A DNA stretch of 64,000 nucleotides, from NCBI GenBank assembly GCA_964234715.1, contig OZ174290.1. One strand, written 5' to 3'. Shown here one piece after another: positions 57,931 through 64,000 of the stretch. A model generated the notes under the pieces. That model was not told the origin of the DNA. It did not search any database and was given only the letters and a program-made list of their open reading frames with translations. A program made the position numbers and the translations under genes. Position 1 is the stretch's first letter. Each line of letters opens with the position of its first letter. The DNA is from Podarcis melisellensis. Taxonomy: Eukaryota.

Positions 57931-58194
57931 ATGGCGGCGGCCGTGGCGCCGGGCTTGGGAGAGCGCTGGTGGGCGGAGCTGCCTCACCACGCCGTGCTGT
58001 GCCGCTTGCGGGAGCAGGCCGACAAGGAGGCCGGGCCGGAGCGGGGGCCCGAGTCGTCGCGCCCGTCCCTCCCGCGGGACCTGTTGTTCGGCCTCGGCGG
58101 GGAGCTCTTCCTGTGGGACGGCGAGCGCGCCGCCTTCTACGCCCTCAGCCTGAGGGGCCTGGGCGACGAGCCCGACAGGCTGGGCCAGTACCAG
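57931..58194 (+). CDS. NUP88: NUP88 exon 1
   Basis: [18 protein letters not shown]...[13 protein letters not shown]...QYQ; donor gtgcgg. Confidence 0.9.
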
Positions 58195-61100
58195 GTGCGG
58201 CCTTTCGCCCCGATAGGACTCGGCCCTCACTGAGGTGGCCAACCTGTGCTTGGGGCGCCGCCGCTTCGGGCCTCAAGGTGGTGGCGGCTCACCTGTGGAA
58301 AGCCCCTCCATCCATATAGGACCATAGGCTGGCATTATCAGTAGCGATAAGAATGAATGGCTTGTTGCGGTTTTTTTCTCCCAAGGAGCTCAAGGTGGCA
58401 TACAGTGGTATTTCGGGTTACATACGCTTCAGGTTACAGACTCCGCTAACCCAGAAATAGTGCTTCAGGTTAAGAACTTTGCTTCTGGATAAGAACAGAA
58501 ATCGGGCTCCAGCGGTGCAGCAGCAGGAGAAGGCCCCATTAGCTAAAGTGGTGCTTCAGGTTAAGAACACTTTCAGGTTAAGAACAGACCTCCGGAACGA
58601 ATTAAGTACTTAACCCGAGGTACCACTGTACATGCTTCCCCAATTAATCCCACCAGCACCACACACACAACAACCCTGTGAGGTGGGGTTGGCTGAGAGG
58701 CAGTGACTGACCCCTAAGGTCACACCCAGTGAGTTTTGTGGCTGAGCAGGGATTTGAACGCAGGTCCCATAATTTTTGGGAGGGGGCAGGTTTTTCGTTA
58801 GGGGGGCAGAACCTCAGTTAAGCTATGTATTTTTATTGATCTTTATTGATTTAGGGGGGCTATGCCCAGTGAGCACAGATGAAATGGTAGGAAGCAACAG
58901 GTGCAGTTTGCTTGCAGCCAAATATGTAATTGAGTGACACACACACATCTTGCACTAGTTTTAAAGATTTTGTTCTGCGCAAAGTTCAAATATTTAAGCT
59001 TTAACCGATTGCCACTTTGATTTCCAGACCCTGCTCTGCATAAATTCACCCTTTTTTGAGGTGTATCAAACTGCACTGAGTCCTACACAGGAGCATGTAG
59101 CTCTGATAGGAACAAAAGGCCTGATGGTGCTGGAGTTACCTAAACGCTGGGGAAAGAACTCTGAGTTTGAAGGTGGAAAACCAGTGGTTAATTGTAGGTA
59201 TGTAGGCTCTCCATTTCTAATAATTGCCTTGCAGCTCTAGAACTAGGGACGGTTGCCATTTCATTATCATCTGGGTCTGTAAAGAAAGCAGTTTTGAGTA
59301 CATCGTGTCAATCTCATTTGATGACTGTTTTTACTGAAGTTCTCAGGCATTACAGTGGTACCTCAGGTTACATACGCTTCAGGTTGCATACGCTTCAGGT
59401 TACAGACTCCGCTAACCCAGAAATAGTGCTTCAGGAAGAATTTTGCTTCAGGATAAGAACAGAAATCGTGCTCTGGCGGAACGGCAGCAGCAGTAGGCCC
59501 CATTAGCTAAAGTGGTGCTTCAGGTTAAGAACAGTTTCAGGTTAAGAACAGACCTCCGGAACGAATTAAGTACTTAACCCGAGGTACCACTGTATATTTG
59601 AAGGGACTTTGTTTCAGCTGCATACATTCCACTACTACAGTATAGAGAGGCAGTCTCTTTTCAAACTTTTTTAGAAGGGTGGCTGAGGTGCTTTATGATG
59701 CAGTGTTAAGATACAGGCTTTGTAGGCTGAGGTTCTAGGTTCAGTTCCTTGCTTTTCCATTAAAAGTGATTGCTTTTGAGCAAAGTTCTGAAGCAGTCCA
59801 TCTTGCTGATAACACATTTGCTTTGCTGTATCAAGTGGGAGCTAAGGCAACTTTTCTTTGCATCCATCTGCTCAAATTGCTCACAGTTAACATTTGGCAG
59901 ATCACTGCGAGGCTAGAGAAAAGAGTAAAGGCTGTTGAATTTCTCCCCATTGTGGAAGAAACAGGAGAGGACATTGCACAGCCTGGCAATCTGCATTATT
60001 TGCTAGTATCAGTGACTTCTATGTGCACGTCACTAAATATGAGAGGATAGGTCTCTGCCTCATGGAGCTTACAATCTATAAACAGAACAAGGAAGACAAG
60101 GGACGATGAGAGGCAAATGAAGGCAATGGTAAACAAGGAATGGATACGTGAATATTTCAGATATATGTACTTGAACATAGTTATAGCACTAGGAGATAGA
60201 GGTTAGGGGACTGTGCCAAGGAATAGGTTTTGAAGAGAGAGAGCTTCACAAATACATTACAGGGAGGCGATTCTGGGCATAAGCAGGGTCATTTGTGGGA
60301 GCAGGACTGTTAATTGGTTCAAAAACAAGATTTCAGGAAATGTTATTTTTGGACAATAGCTACTCTTTCAACTTTTTTTACATTTATGGGGAAGTTTCGA
60401 TTTTAGTTTGGAAGCGCTTTCAATAACTGAGTCTGTGACTACATTTTTACCTAGAAGAAAGCTTCCTTAGTTAAATTCTTTCACCACAGAGATAAAATGT
60501 TTGAGTACTGACCCTTCAGGACCAATGATAGCTAATTATTTAGTACCTAGAGTTTAAGCAAGGGTAGTGTTCATGTAACACATCAAGTTAGGAAATAAAA
60601 AAGGACTGTTACAAGCCTGTCTATCCCTTGAGCTTTTTTGCTTTTGATAGGTTTGCCAGTTGGGGAGGAAAAGCCTGGCCTGTTCTTGTGCTCTTGACAC
60701 CAGCTTGATCTGTAGAAATTGGCAGGGGACACGGGCATGAACGTCTGTAGCCCAAGCTACTGGTCAAAGGCACAGCAACAGTCAAACAGTTGGCAGCCCT
60801 CTGTTGGGTTGGAACATAGTGCCTTTCATGATGGAAACCTGTCTTCTTGCAGCACCATCCCTATTGCTGAAAGGTTCTTCACTAGTTCACCATCCCTGAC
60901 CCTGAAGCATTCCGCCTGGTACCCCAGTGAGACACTGGACCCTCACATTGTGCTCTTAACATCTGACAACACGATAAGGTAACTTTATTGCTCTGAATGG
61001 TTTGCTTTTGAGCAGGCTTTGAGAAATCCAAGGAGCCTGGTTTCCCTGACTGCTTAAAAAGGTGGTGCTGGTATCCAATATATATTAGTCATCCTTTTTT

Positions 61101-62981
61101 ATATATAAAATTTAGTGGAATATAGTGGTGAAGAGTGTAAGCTTTTAGTTTTCTGGTTCAAATCTTTGCTCAGCCACAGACTCACTCAATGATCTTGGGC
61201 AATCTTTCTTACTTGCCTTGTTGACTTTGGGGGGGGGGGACAATAAAAGGTCTGAAATATTTTCTGTGCTCTGCACATGCTATATCATTGTTCTGTTGCA
61301 TGCCCCCCCCCCAAATCTCTGAGCAGTGAGATCCTCCAAGGGGTTCCAGTGCTTCCCTAGGTTTGGTTCCCTTGCAATAAAGATCAATGGAGACTGGTAT
61401 CTTTTTGAAATATGGTTTTATAAAAATCATATGTACAATCTGAGCATCAAATGGAGGGGCTCACAGCATTACCCTAGGAGCTTTTCCAGCTAATTAGCAG
61501 AGTATAAATGCTTTCAGAGGCTAATGTAGCCTCCTTTAAATATTTATTTGATGAGGTCATTTGGAACCACATGCTTAGAGACCCACGGAGCAATTGTTTA
61601 AGCAATACTTATTACAGTTTTCTCCCACTCTTCTTCCAAGGAGCTCAGGGTAGCATGTATGCTCTGTCCTCTTATTTTATCCTCATAGCAACCCTGTGTA
61701 GTAGGTATGTCAGACCTGGAGGGAGTGACTAGGCCAGGACTACCCAGCAAGGCTGAGGGCTAAGCAGGGCTTTGAACTGGGTCTCTCTGGTCTTGGTCTG
61801 ACACCAGGGAAGCTCTTCAGCTGAAGTGATACTGCACCAGCTTCTGCTAGTGTAATAATGTTGGGTGCAGTACTGAAAATTGTAAAGGTATTCATCTAAT
61901 AGAGGTTGGGTTTATAGAAGCTATTATCTGGGATGTACTTCTCGTTTTTTTTAAATGTCATATTTTGCTTTAAAGGATTTACAGCCTGAATTCACCCCAG
62001 ACACCCGTGAAAGTGATTCATCTTTCAGAAGCTGATGAGGAGACTCTGAGGCTCAATAAGGGGTGAGGTCTGAAGCTTCCCTCATAGTTGCCCCTCCAAG
62101 CACACCCCAGCAGCCACTTTTTGTTGGGCAAACTGAATGTGTGCAGAGAACTGCTACAAACTCAACTGACTGCTCCCTCCCTTAGGAGAGCCTACACAGC
62201 ATTGATAGGAGAAACAGCAGTAGCATTCGACTTTGGGCCCCTGGCAGCAGTCCCCAAGAACATTGCTGGGCAGCGAGAGAAGGAGGAAGTGCTAGCGTAT
62301 CCTCTCTACATCTTGTATGAAAATGGGGAGACTTTTCTGACCTACATTAGTCTTCTGCACAGGTAAAGGTCTAACCCAGATTCATGATCCTCCTTTCACC
62401 TTCATTTTTTGCACTGGGCAGTGCTTGACCAGACCTCATAGATGGCTGGGCAGTAGGAGGGTACTGATTTGAACACCAAAACAGTTGCTCCTAGTTCAAC
62501 TCTGAATGGAAATCCAGGGTTCAGGAATCAATGCTTGCCTGTATTATCTCCTTGTATGGTTGAGGTGATTTGGTTGGTGTCTGATTAGTATATCCTAGCC
62601 TTTCTGCTCTGAGGCTGACAGGGTCAGTTTGGTGCCTTGGATGGCTGCAAAACTTTGCTGTTCCAGGTATTTGGCCATGGCTTGCTTGGAGTTTTTTTGA
62701 GGGTGGCAGCAGCAAACTGCCCTAGAAGTTTGAGCTCTTCCCAGTAGGCTTCCTTTGATTCCACTCTCCTTTCCCCCCTATTTCTTTTTCGTAGCAGTGG
62801 AAACCTTGGTCGGCTCTTGGGCCCACTGCCAATGCATCCTGCAGCTGAAGACAACTACGGGTACGACGCTTGTGCGGTTCTCTGCCTTTCATGCGTTCCC
62901 AACATCTTGGTGATTGCCACAGAGTCAGGGCTGCTTTATCACTGCGTGGTACTGGAGGGAGAAGAAGATGATGAACAGATG
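57931..62981 (+). CDS. NUP88: Nucleoporin 88, exons 1-6 (gene continues beyond window)
   Basis: join(57931-58194,59028-59197,60853-60978,61976-62062,62186-62362,62795-62981); [47 protein letters not shown]; head-to-head with RPAIN. Confidence 0.96.
58403..58628. mobile_element. pogo/Tigger-like MITE type A nested in a SINE (NUP88 intron 1)
   Basis: TIRs plus TA flanks; reverse orientation relative to the 26861 copy. Confidence 0.85.
59028..59197 (+). CDS. NUP88: NUP88 exon 2
   Basis: [56 protein letters not shown]; cag/gtatgt. Confidence 0.95.
59353..59592. mobile_element. pogo/Tigger-like MITE type A (NUP88 intron 2)
   Basis: TIRs plus TA flanks. Confidence 0.88.
60853..60978 (+). CDS. 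NUP88: NUP88 exon 3
   Basis: [42 protein letters not shown]; cag/gtaact. Confidence 0.95.
61976..62062 (+). CDS. NUP88: NUP88 exon 4
   Basis: [29 protein letters not shown]; aag/gtgagg. Confidence 0.92.
62186..62362 (+). CDS. NUP88: NUP88 exon 5
   Basis: [19 protein letters not shown]...[21 protein letters not shown]; tag/gtaaag. Confidence 0.95.
62795..62981 (+). CDS. NUP88: NUP88 exon 6
   Basis: [31 protein letters not shown]...EGEEDDEQM; NAGNAG acceptor, donor gtatgt. Confidence 0.93.
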
Positions 62982-64000
62982 GTATGTTTGCCTGTTACTA
63001 CTTGGAGTTTTCAGGAGAGCTTCCCCACCACCACCACCCCATTATATGAGGAGGGACTGTAGTACTTTGCACTCAAAGGTCCCACACTCAAACTCTGGCT
63101 TTTCCAGTGAAAAGGACTGGGTAGCATGTGGTAGGAGAGGCCTCTTCCAGAGTTCACAGAAAGCTGCTGCCTGTCCTAATATTGGGCAAGATAGACCTGT
63201 GGACTTGGCATAAGGTTGTTATGTGTATCCCCAACCTGGATATTCATTTTTAGCTTGCTACCTTTGCAGTCCTCCCCATTTTTGTAACAGGTTTTTCACA
63301 TTATGACATGTGCTTACTGAGCAAGTGACCAATAGTACAGTGCTGTTGCACATTCTTATCCTTTTTCTAAATTTATTTGTTGTACTGGTATCCCACTTTT
63401 CCTCCAAGGAGCTCAAGGTGGCTCCCTCTCCAGCAATCTCTTCCCACAGAAGCATGATGGCCCTCTGCCCAGCTGATGATTTGCAGTTCCTAAACCCAAA
63501 AACTGTGGCTCATCTTAATTACGGAAATTGGTATTGTTTTCCCCTGATCAACATCTTTGTCTCTGCAGCCATAAACAATTTTGGAGGTTCTGCAAGGAGG
63601 TTGCACCCAACTCAGTTGTATCCAGAATAGACTCAATGAAATTAGTGGACCTAAGATAGCCATACATGCTATTCATAGCAGCCACCATGGTATAGTAGTT
63701 AGAGTGTCAGATTAGGACCCGGGAGAGGTTCAAGTTTCCACTCAGCCATGTAGCTTACTGGGTGGCTTTGGGCCAGTCACTGCCTCTTGGCCTAACCTGC
63801 CTCACAGGGTTCTTGTGGGGATTAATTGAGGAGGGGGAGAGCCATGTACACCATCTTTAACTCCTTAGAGAAAAAGATGAGGTATAAATGCAGTCACTAA
63901 TACTCAACCCCTTGGGAATTAATGGACATGACTAAATACAGCCGGGTGTCTTATATTTCATATTTGTCTTGTACTGAGGAGCTATTTTAAAAACCCTGTG

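Overview
Squamate (most likely lacertid lizard, judging from Sauria/POM-type SINEs) genomic DNA from the block that is on human 17p13.2. Gene order: probable last coding exon and 3' UTR of CAMKK1 (+), then complete C1QBP (-, 6 exons, 287 aa), DHX33 (-, 12 exons, 694 aa), DERL2 (-, 7 exons, 239 aa, two U12-type introns), MIS12 (+, one coding exon, 205 aa), RPAIN (-, 7 exons, about 221 aa), and the first six exons of NUP88 (+). I spliced the exons by hand from GT-AG sites, and phases and lengths are self-consistent. Introns and intergenic DNA are dense with transposons: ten TA-flanked Tc1/mariner-superfamily (pogo/Tigger-like) MITEs in at least five core types, several hAT MITEs with 8-bp TSDs, Sauria and other tRNA-derived SINEs, CR1, L2, RTE and BovB fragments, and a probable solo LTR. 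I found no convincing new protein-coding system, and nearly all long ORFs in the six-frame track are spurious. The most interesting signals are the modular MITE radiation with family-specific motifs and swappable repetitive cores, palindromic hAT MITEs carrying the same ACTACAnnTCCCA motif used by the local promoters, TE insertions that have pushed apart two head-to-head promoters, and a gene-block orientation different from human.
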